Shown: positions 1 to 12,699 of the stretch, piece after piece
How the letters are laid out: the number at the start of each line of letters is the position of its first letter
How positions within the stretch are numbered: position 1 is the first letter of the stretch
Assembly: GCF_001194135.2 (NCBI RefSeq)
Contig: NC_068985.1
Span: 24,874,317 to 24,929,606, forward strand
Direction: 5' to 3'
DNA: 55,290 nucleotides
Source of the DNA: Octopus bimaculoides
Lineage: Eukaryota
Notes under the pieces: generated by a model
Seen by the model: only the letters and a program-made list of their open reading frames with translations
Database searches by the model: none
What the model was told of the DNA's origin: nothing
Translations under genes and position numbers: made by a program

Positions 1-439
1 ATATATATATATATACTTCTTTGTGAGTGTGTATGTGTGTGTATGCACATACACACACATACATATGTGCACATGTATGTTTATCGCCACTTCAATATGG
101 CTGTTCCATAGCGACCGACATTACTACCATTTTTAACCCCAGGAGAATGCCTCCTCCAGCTGGTTATCGATGCAATCAGCACCCACATATATATATAATT
201 TATTAAAATCACCGTCTTTAGCAGATGTTTGGAACATAAGTTACCATGAGATTTTGGTGAAAGATAACTTTATAACAAGAACTTTGTATCACACAATCAG
301 AGAGCAGTTTCAGACAGGCTGGCATTAAAAGGGTTAAACTGAAGGATTACTCAATACATTTTTAGTCGAGTATATGTTTATTAAACTTTTACAAGAGCAG
401 TGATAGTGACTTCAAAGTTTTAGTTTGCTTGCCTTCATT

Positions 440-442
<3 letters not shown>

Positions 443-537
<95 letters not shown>

Positions 538-759
538 GAGTAATCCCTCGACTATCGCAGGTGTTACGTTCCAAAATCTCCCACAGAAATAATTGAAATT
601 TTAAAAAATATAAATACCTATTGGCCGTAGAAACCAGCGATATACTGAGGAGTTTGTGATATAAATTTACATATATTAACCAGAAGAATCCATCATGTAC
701 TTGTCCCCTACCCACTGCTTGACAACCAAAGATGCATACACACACATTAACGGACATAT

Positions 760-810
<51 letters not shown>
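443..810. repeat. (TA)n/(CA)n microsatellites flanking a partial Tigger-like MITE (538-700)
   Basis: Long TA and CA runs. 538-700 starts AGTAATCCCTCGACTATCGC and matches the termini and interior of 38373-38892. Confidence 0.8.
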
Positions 811-2919
811 NNNNNNNNNNNNNNNNNNNNNNNNNNNNNNNNNNNNNNNNNNNNNNNNNNNNNNNNNNNNNNNNNNNNNNNNNNNNNNNNNNNNNNNNNN
901 NNNNNNNNNNNNNNNNNNNNNNNNNNNNNNNNNNNNNNNNNNNNNNNNNNNNNNNNNNNNNNNNNNNNNNNNNNNNNNNNNNNNNNNNNNNNNNNNNNNN
1001 NNNNNNNNNNNNNNNNNNNNNNNNNNNNNNNNNNNNNNNNNNNNNNNNNNNNNNNNNNNNNNNNNNNNNNNNNNNNNNNNNNNNNNNNNNNNNNNNNNNN
1101 NNNNNNNNNNNNNNNNNNNNNNNNNNNNNNNNNNNNNNNNNNNNNNNNNNNNNNNNNNNNNNNNNNNNNNNNNNNNNNNNNNNNNNNNNNNNNNNNNNNN
1201 NNNNNNNNNNNNNNNNNNNNNNNNNNNNNNNNNNNNNNNNNNNNNNNNNNNNNNNNNNNNNNNNNNNNNNNNNNNNNNNNNNNNNNNNNNNNNNNNNNNN
1301 NNNNNNNNNNNNNNNNNNNNNNNNNNNNNNNNNNNNNNNNNNNNNNNNNNNNNNNNNNNNNNNNNNNACGCACAAACACACACACAATGAATTTCTTTCA
1401 GTTTCCATATACTAAAGTCACTCATGAGGTTTTGGTCAACTCAGGGCTATAGTAGAAGACACTTGCCCAGAGTTTCATGCAGTGGGACTGAACCCTGAAC
1501 CATGTGGTTGAGAAGTAAGTTTCATACCACATTATCATACCTGCCTGCACTCACACCACACACACACACACACATACATACACACACATGTATACATTAA
1601 TGTTTGTTTTTAAGTTCAGTTATGAAAACAATTTTACGTTAATCTGATAGGTTACTCTATACTTTAGTAGAGTAGAAATTTATTATTCCAATTCTAGAAT
1701 GTTGTTGACAGTGACTTTGAAGTTCGACCAACTAAGCCATGATCCGAACTTCAAAGTCATTGTCAACATTCTTGCATAAGAATAATAAATAAATACACAC
1801 ACAGGATGAAGTCGATTCAGTTATAGCCCATGTCCTTGTACATATTTTCTCTGAATAAACCAGTTAAAAAACATGTGGCACTAGGTAAATGTATATGCAA
1901 TATTACATATTTGCATGCAAAATGTATGTGTGTGTGTGTGCCTGTATATATATNNNNNNNNNNNNNNNNNNNNNNNNNNNNNNNNNNNNNNNNNNNNNNN
2001 NNNNNNNNNNNNNNNNNNNNNNNNNNNNNNNNNNNNNNNNNNNNNNNNNNNNNGCCGCAGTCAAATGACTGAAACAAGTAAAAGAGTAAAAAGAGTATAC
2101 ATATGTATGTACATGCAGGGTTAGGCGCAAAGTGTTACTTTCATAATATTCTTTCTTTGCATAAGGGAAATTTAGTCATTTGTCATGTGATATGAAAACA
2201 TTTATTTAAAGGCCAAATGGAAAATAAAACTAAGAAGGATCCATATGTACCGTTTATTAATAACTGGGCCAACTAGGTCTAGCTGCTGCTGCTTCTGCTT
2301 GTAAGCTAACTACATCAGTGACTTTTAATATAAGAAAGACACCATAATCAGTTTTATATTTAACACTCCCCAACTAAATACCAGTTGACTAATTATTGGT
2401 CACCAGTCAATTGCCTTTTGTTCCTTCATTTCTCACAGGATAGGAAATTTAACATAGAACAAAATGAAATGAGCTGTAAATGAAAGCAAAAACAAAAAAA
2501 CACACACACATACAATGTCACATAGAAACCTACAAAAACAAATACATATATGCACACACATACACACACAATTTTTTTTTTTTTGCAAATAATTTTGTCA
2601 GGGTAGATATGGCACTGCATATGACCTTTGCAGGTCTTCACACACAGGCACACTGGTAAGACTAATGCAACAGATGCCCAGCTTAAAGAAGGAAAATATA
2701 GGCAGAGGGGTAAGTTGGGAATCTGATCTGACTGCATGACAGAGTGAATCTCTGAAAAGCACCCAAGGACCAGATGACTGTTTTTTAACTGGGTGGTGGT
2801 AGGTTAGGCCTACTCCTTCCTCACATGTAAGGGCAAACACACATATGGTTCATAAAGCAATGAAGAAATTCAAATTTACATCAAATTTTGATTTTGTAGG
2901 AGGCAAAGAATGAATATCT

Positions 2920-3425
2920 GTAAGACACAAAAAGAGAGAGAGACAGAGAGATAGAGAGAGAGAGAGNNNNNNNNNNGAGAGATAGAGAGAGAGAGAGAGA
3001 GACAGAGAGACAGAGAAAGAGAGAGGGAGATCGAGAGAGTAAGAGCATGTGTGTGTATGTGCGCGTGCATGCAGGTAAATGTATGAGAGAAAAGAGTGAA
3101 TGAGCAAGTCAGAAAAAAGGCAGAAGTGTGTGAATATATGTGAGAGAAAGATAGAGGGAAACGAGGAGAGAAAGAGAGACAAGGAGAGGGAGAGAGAGAG
3201 AGACAACAGGAGAGAATGAGAGAACGAGAGAGAGAGAGAACAAGAGAGAGAGACAAGGAAAGAGGGAGGGTGGGAGAGAATTAATGAATATGTAGATGAA
3301 TGAAAGAGAGTGCAGTATTGAGTGTGAAAAATGAGGGAAAATTAAATACATAAGAGTATGGAAGAGAGACAATCAATGTGTGGTGTGTGTGTGTGTGTGC
3401 GTGTGCGTGTGCGTGTGTGTGTGTT
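2920..3425. repeat. (GA)n-rich polypurine tract followed by (GT)n
   Basis: Direct reading; explains the SLSLSL ORFs at 2850-3372. Confidence 0.9.
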
Positions 3426-3877
3426 TACACATGCAAAGCTCTGGTTAAGTTGACTGGATAGGCAAATCACTGGGCTGAATGATTTGATGTAACAATGAAG
3501 GCCAGCAGGTGGGGAAGAATCTTTACATTAAGTGCCTTGCATACAAAGACTACAGACAGGAGACAGACAGACAATTACACATGCACACGCACACACTCGT
3601 TCATATATTCATTCAAGTGCAGTCACTTATGTGTATGCATCACTCACACACACATTCACATACCTCTAAATCTGCAAACAAACACACACATGTACTTTTT
3701 CATGGTGATGAGGAAGCAAGCTGACATCTACTGACTTGTAAACCCATTTAATATATAGCAAGATGGCTTGATTCGGCCAGCCTCTTACAAAGCTAAAAAT
3801 TAAAGAAGAGAGTTGAATTCATCAATGCCGCCACAGCTTACAGCTGCGAGTTATCCCTCTCCTACAATACCTATTTA

Positions 3878-4268
3878 GTGGAGGCGCAATGGCCCAGTGG
3901 TTAGGGAAGCGGACTTGCGGTCATAGGATCGCGGTTTAGATTCCCAGACCGGGCGTTGTGAGTGTTTATTGAGCGAAAACATCTAAAGCTCCACAAGGCT
4001 CCGGCAGGGGATGGTGGCGAACCCTGCTGTACTCTTCCACCACAACTTTCTCTCACTCTTTCTTCCTGTTTCTGTTGTGCCTGTAATTCAAAGGGTCAGC
4101 CTTGTCACACTGTGTCACGCTGAATATCTCCGAGAACTACGTTAAGGGTACACGTGTCTGTGGAGTGCTCAGCCACTTGCACGTTAATTTCACAAGCAGG
4201 CTATTCCGTTGATCGGATCAACTGGAACCCTCGACGTCGTAAGCGACGGAGTGCCAACAACAACAACA
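3878..4268 (+). mobile_element. Young tRNA-derived SINE with (CAA)n tail, full length
   Basis: tRNA-like head with A box (TGGCCCAGTGG) and B box (GGTTTAGATTCCC), 3' stem-loop CGTCGTAAGCGACG, (CAA)n tail. 14-bp TSD ACAATACCTATTTA at 3864-3877 and 4269-4282. Confidence 0.92.
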
Positions 4269-4477
4269 ACAATACCTATTTACAAAAAGATAGTTGATTG
4301 GTCCATTTAGAATTTAAATGTATTGCTCATAGACACAAAACACTTCAGACAAAATGATATGATCCAACAACTTTCAGTTAGTTATCTGATGTCCTATAGA
4401 CTGAGTTATCCACATTCATTTTCCATTATGAAATGCAAAATTAATGTAAAATCTCATGCCTGCGATACACCACCATT

Positions 4478-4890
4478 ATGGAGGCATCCATTCATCTTGC
4501 AAGACCATGAATTATGATTACTGCTTCAGTTTTGTTGGTGATACAGCATCTCCTGTGACTAGAGACTCACGTGTGATTGACAACAATCATGGCTACAGTA
4601 ACTGCTTTTGAAGACAGTCTACCAGTCTTGTTCTAGTACAGTATTTTTCTTCTTTTCTTGCTTTATTTCCATCAGCAAGTTTTAGCCTCTTCTCTTGTCT
4701 TTCTAAAATCCTGCCAACTTGTAGCATCTAGTGCAACCAATTGCCAGCAATATCCTTCTACCATTCAATGGTTGTGTAAAAAAGAAATCGGATCTCTTTT
4801 GCACACATGCTTAACATAAAGATAGTATCACACTTCTGTGTTCTTACTGGAGAGCAACATGTATAATACTGAGAGACAGTTATATATCAT
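4478..4890 (-). mobile_element. Decayed 3' end of an RTE/BovB-like LINE ORF
   Basis: Minus-strand peptides LYVKHVCKRD, WQLVALDATSWQ and C..DC..SHRRC resemble the RTE-BovB C-terminus (YKDVCKRD...W...A.DR..W...C..C.SRIGL.SH.R.C); multiple stops and frameshifts. Confidence 0.6.
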
Positions 4891-5745
4891 CGTCTTTATG
4901 CCTGTTTTTTTTTCATGCTGGCCTAGAATGGACAGTTCTTTCTGGGGCAGCATGCATACATGATACTATTCATATATCTGATGATCTTATTGATTACATT
5001 CAAAGCTGATAACAAATTAGGACTGAAAATCCAGCAGAAAAAAAAAATTACTCATTGTTTTTTATTGTTGACAAACATATCTTGCATTCTTTGTCATGCA
5101 CAAACAAACACTACTATGGAAATATTTAAATTTACAATAAAAAAAAGATACATTCATATGTCACTATGGGAAAACAAGTGTAATGATAGCAAAGAACTAT
5201 TAAAATATAAAACAGAAAAATAAGTACATCTGTCCTCTCACAGATCTCCAGTCTACTCCATTAATGTTTACATCTGGTTTTAGTGACATTAAATAAATGA
5301 AAGATAAATACTTTCTCTTCCCTTGAATATTTTTGTTTTTTATTTCCCATTGCTTAGTCACAGGAAAGACGTTTACCCTTGACCTTTGCAGAGTTTTAGA
5401 AACTGGTGGAAGGGGAACGAGTGGAAAAATCATAACTCATCACAATGTCTGTCTAGAAGATTTCCACAGTTTCCTTTTGTCCAGCGTTATTTACAAGGCT
5501 TGAGTCAACCTAAAAATATGGTACATGACACTTGTTCCGAGGTACCCCTAGGACTACCTGATTATAAAACACATAACCAGTAACTTTCTCTTTTCTGAGG
5601 AGCTGTAATCCAACATATTAGTTGTACATTGTTGCTATTGTTTACAACCAAAGGTTACAAGCAGAATACATTTGTCAACAACAAAAACACACAATTTTAC
5701 TCTGCTGGATATGCAGTGTTAATTTATTAGTAAATATGAATGTAA

Positions 5746-5907
5746 GGCATAGGAGTGGCTGTGTGGTAAGTAGCTTGCTTACCAACCACATGGTTCCAGG
5801 TTCAGTCCCACTGCATGACACCTTGGGCAAGTGTCTTCTACTATAGCCTCGGGCCGACTAAACCCTTGTGAGTGGATTTGGTAGACGGAAACTGAAAGAA
5901 GCCCGTC

Positions 5908-5955
<48 letters not shown>

Positions 5956-6175
5956 ATGTTTGTGTGTCTGTGTTTGTCCCCCCAACATCGCTTGACAACC
6001 GATGCTAGTATGTTTACGTCCCCGTAACTTAGCGGTTCGGTAAAAGAGACCGATAGAATAAGTACTAGGCTTACAAAGAATAAGTCCTGGGGGTCGATTT
6101 GCTCGACTAAAGGTGGTGCTCCAGCATGGCCACAGTCAAATGACTGAAACAAGTAAAAGAGAGTAAAAGAGAGAG
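5746..6175 (+). mobile_element. Bipartite SINE family A (tRNA-like head + CORE-like CCTTGGGCAAGT segment, internal (TA)n(TG)n linker, 3' part ending GTAAAAGA repeats)
   Basis: Near-identical to copies at 7242-7648, 18547-18955, 19801-20215, 34927-35363 (+) and 29280-29660, 35699-36107 (-). CCTTGGGCAAGT resembles the MIR/CORE-SINE core. Confidence 0.88.
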
Positions 6176-6629
6176 TAAGCAATAAAATTATTAAATATAT
6201 GAAAGGTTTTATGTATGCATAAGAAATAGATCTATTCATTTAGACATACAAATATTAACTCATGCTAATGAAGGGGCCTCTACATTGTTGCTAGAGATAG
6301 CTACAAGTTCATGCAGCAAACCTGCCCAACCATGGAAAAACATGATGACAATGAAATGAAGATTACAAGAAAGAGAACCCAATTATATCCAAAGACCTAG
6401 TCTTCAGTAACAAACTGTTACTAGTTTTACAAAACATGGAGATGAAAGAGAAAGATAGGCTCAGAGGAATTTGAATTCAGAATATAGAAGGACAATGAGG
6501 GTTGATATTTATATTGGTGAAGAGAGATAAGGTTAGATAAAGTGGGGGAAAGAAGAGAAAAAAAGCTGGAGCAGCCATGAATTACCTCTTCAATTTGAAA
6601 AATTCAGAAAAGAAAAAATGAAAAATAGC

Positions 6630-6898
6630 GTGATCGTTACCAACATCGCCTTCCCGGCACTTGTGCCAGTGGCACGTGAAAAGACATTCGAGCAAGATCA
6701 TTGCCAGTGCCAATGGACTGGCTCCTGTGCAGGTGGCACGTAAAATACACCATTTCGAGTGTGGCCATTGCCAGTACCGCCTGACTGGCCATCATGCCGG
6801 TGGCACGTAAAAGCACCTACTACACTCTCGGAGTGGTTGGCGTTAGGAAGGGCATCCAACTGTAGAAACCCTGCCAAATCAGATTGGAGCCTGGTGTA
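6630..6898 (+). mobile_element. RTE 3'-UTR-derived repeat (truncated LINE or RTE-SINE); further copies at about 7900-8120(+), 9833-10190(-), 15905-16030(-), 24809-24985(+), 28225-28510(-), 30530-30850(-), 36600-36720(+), 39985-40095(-), 46890-47050(-), 49070-49220(-), 51270-51550, 52970-53160(-)
   Basis: Shared block GGAGTGGTTGGCGTTAGGAAGGGCATCCAGCTGTAGAAAC...CCATGCTAGCATGGAAAGCGGACGTTAAACGATGATGAT. The same block ends the RT-bearing copies at 37195, 40534 and 47101. Confidence 0.85.
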
Positions 6899-7241
6899 NN
6901 NNNNNNNNNNNNNNNNNNNNNNNNNNNNNNNNNNNNNNNNNNNNNNNNNNNNNNNNNNNNNNNNNNNNNNNNNNNNNNNNNNNNNNNNNNNNNNNNNNNN
7001 NNNNNNNNNNNNNNNNNNNNNNNNNNNNNNNNNNNNNNNNNNNNNNNNNNNNNNNNNNNNNNNNNNNNNNNNNNNNNNNNNNNNNNNNNNNNNNNNNNNN
7101 NNNNNNNNNNNNNNNNNNNNNNNNNNNNNNNNNNNNNNNNNNNNNNNNNNNNNNNNNNNNNNNNNNNNNNNNNNNNNNNNNNNNNNNNNNNNNNNNNNNN
7201 NNNNNNNNNNNAGTCCCCAGCAAAGTTTATTGGAAAACATA

Positions 7242-7648
7242 GGCGTAGGAGTGGCTGTGTGGTAAGTAGCTTGCTTACCAACCACATGGTCCCGGGTTCA
7301 GTCCCACTGCGTGGCATCTTGGGCAAGTGTCTTCTACTATAGCCTCGGGCCGACCAAAGCCTTGTGAGTGGATTTGGTAGACGGAAACTGAAAGAAGCCT
7401 GTCGTATATATGTATATATATATGTATGTGTGTATGTGATTGTAAGTCTGTGTTTGTCCCCCCCAACATCGCTTGACAAACAATGCTGGTGTGTTTATGT
7501 CCCCGTAACTTAGCGGTTCGGCAAAAAAGACTGATAGAATAAGTACTAGGCTTCCAAAGAATAAGTCCTGGGGTCAATTTTCTCAACTAAAGGCGGTGCT
7601 CCAGCATGGCCACAGTCAAAAGCCTGAAACAAGTAAAAGAGTAAAGAG
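7242..7648 (+). mobile_element. SINE family A, full length
   Basis: Head GGCGTAGGAGTGGCTGTGTGGTAAG, internal microsatellite, tail GAAACAAGTAAAAGAGTAAAGAG. Confidence 0.88.
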
Positions 7649-8246
7649 TAAACAAATAAAGTTTCATTAGAAATATCAGAACACTGCCACGTGGGATCCA
7701 TTGGTTGCATGTAACACATCTGGACGATACAATACAATAAAGGATGACCTCAGAATGCTGAACCCTTCAGACAAGATGACAAAGGACTGAGCTGTCTGAT
7801 GCTTTGCTGTACTCAAGAAAACCCGTACTCCACAGCAGAACTGTTAAGGCCACTCCCACTGGTAAAGAGGATTGACCTGCAAGAGTCTTGTGCCAGTACC
7901 ATGCAAAAAGTGCCAGTGCCACATAAAAGTGCTCGTGTGATGCCACGTAAAAGCACCCAGCAGACTCTGTAAAGTGGTTGGTGTTACGAAGGGTATCCAG
8001 CTGCAGGGACCATGCCCAATCAGACTGGAGTCTGGTACAGCTCCCCAGCTTGCCAGCCCTGGTCAAACCATCCAACCCATGCCAGCATGGATAAAGGATG
8101 TTAAATGACGATGATGATGATGATGAAATTGTGCAAGATATAAAGATAATGTATGAACACCCAGTACATACCTCCAATAACATTATTTCAACAATATATA
8201 CCCCTCCAGTAACATCACTTCAACAGTATACACCTCCAGTCAGATT

Positions 8247-8655
8247 GTTGGCACTCTGTCGCTTACAACGTCAAGGGTTCCAGTTGATCCAATCAATGGA
8301 CCAGCCTGCCCGTGAAATTAACGTGCAAGTGGCTGAGCACTCCACAGACACGTGTACCCTTAACGTAGTTCTCGGGGATATTCAGCGTGACACAGTGTAA
8401 CAAGGCTGACCCTTTGAATTACAGGCACAACAGAAACAGGAAGAAAGAGTGAGAGAAAGTTGTGGTGAAAGAGTACAGCAGGGTTCGCCACCATCCCCTT
8501 CCGGAGCCTCGTGGAGCTTTAGGTGTTTTCGCTCAATAAACACTCACAACGCCCGGTCTGGGAATCGAAACCGCGATCCTATGACCGCGATCCTATGACC
8601 GCGATCCTATGACCGCGAGTCCGCTTCCCTAACCACTGGGCCATTGCGCCTCCAC
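8247..8655 (-). mobile_element. Young tRNA-derived SINE, same family as 3878-4268, inverted
   Basis: Reverse complement of 3878-4268. 12-bp TSD TCCAGTCAGATT at 8235-8246 and 8656-8667. Internal 14-bp triplication ACCGCGATCCTATG. Confidence 0.92.
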
Positions 8656-8694
8656 TCCAGTCAGATTATGTCAGCAATATAATACCAACTTAGA

Positions 8695-8860
8695 AGATAG
8701 TAGATCAAGAAGCACGCAAAGATTGCAATGGATGGACAATATCACAAGGTGGTTGAACAAGAGTGGTAAGGCAGCTGAAGAACTTGTGCTTAATCAGAAG
8801 TCTTTCATTGTAATGCCATCAATACGCTGCAGGCATATGATATATAATGATGATGGCACA
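8695..8860 (+). mobile_element. Decayed RTE-like LINE 3' end
   Basis: RSRSTQRLQWMDNITRW-like peptide (cf. GRP..RW.DNI..W) followed by a (GAT)n tail. Confidence 0.45.
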
Positions 8861-9186
8861 CACCCACTAACAACATAAACTCCCAAATAACAACAATAAT
8901 ATACACCTCTAGTAACATAATTTATCATCAATATCTTTCTCCAGTCACATAATTCAGCAATATATCCTTTGTTATCCTTTCCAATTAAACCATTTTACAA
9001 TATTTTCCTTCAGACACATTTTTCTCTTTTCACTTAGTTTGTTAATATTCTTCTCTTGGCACATGAGTCTTCATTGTCATCATCCTCACCACCTCCACCA
9101 AAATGATCCACAACTAATGATAACAATATGACCATCACTCACAACCACAGAAATACTCACTAACATTTGAACTCGTGGATAACACT

Positions 9187-9222
<36 letters not shown>

Positions 9223-10198
9223 CTTGATAAAAGCAGACATAAAAACAACACTTACAAAGTAGCTTGCATCCTGTTACACCTCTTGATGCTCCAGGTAAAG
9301 TATATGAAAATATCATACCACCACTTCTAGCTTTCCACTATCCATATATGGCTCACAAACTCATCTATCTAACCATTAGACTACTCTTAAATTTCAACAA
9401 GTGACCTCTATATGAAATAAAAAAAAAAATTTTTTTAAACCACTTACAACACTATAAACAACATCACGAAAGCTTTAAATTTGTTCCCTAGGAATCACTC
9501 ATCAAAATATATGATCCAAATAAATTGGAGATATTTCGGAAATATTTTGATGATAGTAAGTCAAATTACAGTCACACAGGATACCAATCCTCCATCTATA
9601 CATGTCATTTACCAACATATCCTCTTAGATCTAATGTTTCTTGTGCATCTAGTTGTATTCTCCACAGAAAACATCCTTAATTTTGCCAAATTGTGTATCT
9701 TGACATCCTGTGTAGATGGTGACATCACAAACTCATTTCCTCATACCATACAAAGCATAAGATCATCATCATCAGATCGGANNNNNNNNNNNNNNNNNNN
9801 NNNNNNNNNNNNNNNNNNNNNNNNNNNNNNNNTTGGACGATTTGACTGAGGACTGGTGAACCAGATGGCTACACCAAGCTCCAATCTGATTTGGCAGTTT
9901 CTACAGCTGGATGCCCTTCCTAACGCCAACCACTCCAAGAGTGTAGTGGGTGCTTTTACATGCCACCAGCACAAAGGCCAGTCTGGCGGTACTGGCAACG
10001 GCCACGCTCAAAATGGTGTATTTTACGTGCCACCTGCACAGGAGCCAGTCCAGCAGCAATGGCAACGATCTCGCTCAAATGTCTTTACACATGCCACCGA
10101 CACAAGTGCCAGGATGGCGACACTGGGTACAGGTGCCATTACGATTTCGCTTTCGATTGCCCCAACAGGTCAAACAAGTGACACAATAATACTAAAGG

Positions 10199-10333
10199 TG
10201 CAAGCATGATTCTAGTTTCAATCCCACTGTGTAGTACCTTGAGCAAGTCTCTTTTACTATAGCGCCAGGCCAACCAAAACCTTGTGAATAGATTTGGTAG
10301 ACGGAAACTGAAAGAAGCCCATCCTATACATGT

Positions 10334-10383
<50 letters not shown>

Positions 10384-10570
10384 GTCCGTCACCACCATGT
10401 GACAACCAGTGTCAGTTTGTTTATATCCCTGTAACTTAGCATTTTGGCAAAAAGAGACTAACAGAATAAATACTAGGCTTAAAATATATATAAGTATTGG
10501 GGCCAATTTGGCTAAGTCATTAAAAGCAGTCTCCCAGTATAGCTGCAGTCTAAAGACTGAAACAAGTAGA
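10199..10570 (+). mobile_element. SINE family A, older copy; further partial or old copies at about 1391-1548(-), 11180-11672(-), 13955-14190(-) with 14880-15045(-), 21075-21285(-), 22555-22770(-), 23300-23600(-), 34147-34304(+), 43438-43600(+), 46115-46275(-)
   Basis: Similarity to 5746-6175 by eye. Confidence 0.75.
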
Positions 10571-10964
10571 AAAAAGACAAAGGAAAAAAATATAAAGATA
10601 GTTACATGCAACACTGAAGAATCTAACATTATACAACATTACATTCTGAAAACAGGACCAATCACCCAATCAAGCAAAAAAAAAACAAAAAAAACAATCA
10701 AATTTCCTTCAACTCACATCCTGTCTATCTTAAAGAGAGAAAATATACCAGACAACCAGGAAAAAGGGAAAAAACAGGACAGTCAGAGTGGAAATGCTTT
10801 TGACCACAGATCTGCTCAGAAAGCGCTGATCAGGAGCTAAACAGCAAAAGCAAACAACAATTAAAACACTAGATATTGTGTGCAACACATTAAAACCATT
10901 TACACAGAACAACAAGACACAATGTCTACCTACACATGACACAATATCTAAAGTGTGACAAAGG

Positions 10965-11165
10965 CGGTGAGCTAGCAGAATCATTACTGCACCAGGTAAA
11001 ATGCTGAGAGGCATTATGCTTTGTGTTTAAATTCTGCCATGGTTGACTTAGCTTTACATCCTTTCGGGGTTGATAAAATAAGTACTAATTGGGCACTGGG
11101 ATTGTTGCAATCGATTTACCCTTCCCCCCAAATTGCTGGCCTTGTGCCAAAATGTGAAACCAATA
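10965..11165 (+). mobile_element. SINE family B (GAGCTGGCAGAA head, CTTTGCCTTTCATCCTTTCGGGGTCGATAAA core); copies at about 13270-13470(+), 17335-17780(-, two), 25220-26115(-), 34305-34532(+), 48860-49060, 50130-50560, 51020-51230, 52090-52290, 52440-52640, 54845-55050(+)
   Basis: Recurrent conserved core across more than 10 copies. From memory the core resembles the Meta-SINE domain; not verified. Confidence 0.8.
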
Positions 11166-11371
11166 TCTAAAGTATTCTTTTATTTGTTTCAATCATTTGA
11201 CTGTAGCCATGCTGGAGCAAGGCCTTTAGTCAAACAAATCAACCTCACGACTTATTCTTTGTAAGACTAGTACTTATTCTATTAGTCTCTTTTGCCAAAC
11301 CGCTAAGATATAGGGACGTAAATGCACCAACATCAATTGTCAAGTGATGGTGGGCGACAAACACACACACA

Positions 11372-11412
<41 letters not shown>

Positions 11413-12116
11413 TAATTTAATGTATAAATTACCTATAAATTTTTATAGCATGCTGACTACCTGATAAAATCATTAACATGATTTTTATCCTTATATTCTA
11501 TAATTAATTAATACAACAGGCTTTTTTCAGTTTCTGTCTACCAAATCCACTCACAAGGCTTCAGTCAGCCTGAGGCTATAGTAAAAGATACTTACCCAAG
11601 GTGCCATGCAGTGGGACTGAACCCAGAAACATGGTCGGTAAGCAAACTACTTACCACACAGCCACGCTTATGGCAATAAATAAAGAGTATACAAGCAATT
11701 ACTGAGTGTAGAGACAGCAGTGTGCTTAAGAACTCTGGGTTTAATTCTTAGGTCAATGCAAGGCTATCTTTTAGTTGTTTTAGTTATTGGACTGTGGTCA
11801 TATTGGGGCAATGCCAAATTGACATTAGGACTTATTTTCAAGTCAAAAAGTACCAATATTGTCATGTGGTGGCTGATGACAAATACACACACACACAGAC
11901 ACACACACATGATGCGCTTCTACACAGCTTTTGTCTGCCACCTACCAAATTCACTCACAAAGTATTGATCGGCCCAGGGTTAATTGATCGACCTTCCTGC
12001 CCTGTTTAGTCCATTGAGAATGGACTAAACAGAACAGGAAGAAACGCATGGGATGGAGAGTCGCTGAAGAGGTAACAGGACATGTGACAAAAGATTTCAA
12101 ACAAAGGATACTAAAA

Positions 12117-12150
<34 letters not shown>

Positions 12151-12699
12151 GCTGAAGTGAAGAATGAGTATATAGTGCATGTGGTTANNNNNNNNNNNNN
12201 NNNNNNNNNNNNNNNNNNNNNNNNNNNNNNNNNNNNNNNNNNNNNNNNNNAGGAAAGTGACCCTCCCCAAAAATAATATCTGTTTCAATACACGATTTCA
12301 CATCAGAAATCTTGCAAAACAAATACAAACTTAATGATTTCATACATTTGTAACCTTTACGTAGGAATTCATTCACTACCACTTTGGGAATTATGAGGAA
12401 GTTTGTTTTGCCAATGAGACCAGAATAATACTGAAACATGTCCAGAATTACCTCCCTCATCATGCTTGCCAAAAATTAAAAAAAACATTAGCAACTGGTT
12501 AATATCCTTTTTCCCCATAACACTTATCTTTAATTAGCTTCTTGATGCTCCAGGCATTTATCCTTTTGATAACAACCCACCAGAGGTTACTCCTGCTTCT
12601 ATGGTACAGGCTTCCTATTTCAAAGAGATCTAAATTTAAACCTCCCACCAAAATTTCATGTTCATTTATGTTCCAAACCCCAGCTTAATAATGATATAG

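Noticed and set aside
2602-2709. 108-nt plus-strand exon-like segment (GRYGTAYDLCRSSHTG...) with a GTAAGT donor
   Set aside because: No recognisable protein; competing internal splice sites; such matches are expected by chance in 55 kb.
3878-3960. tRNA gene (also 8575-8655, 14551-14625)
   Set aside because: tRNA-like heads continue into SINE bodies with tails and TSDs; no proper acceptor stem or terminator.
9845-9870. CTGAGGA...GAA(A)C hammerhead-like string in the RTE 3' UTR (also 28284, 37263, 40604)
   Set aside because: No stem II closes between the core and GAAA, and there is no NUH or stem I pairing.
12538-12603. Exon-like LLDAPGIYPFDNNPPEVTPASM
   Set aside because: Lies within or at the edge of a TTAA-class MITE sequence; weak donor.
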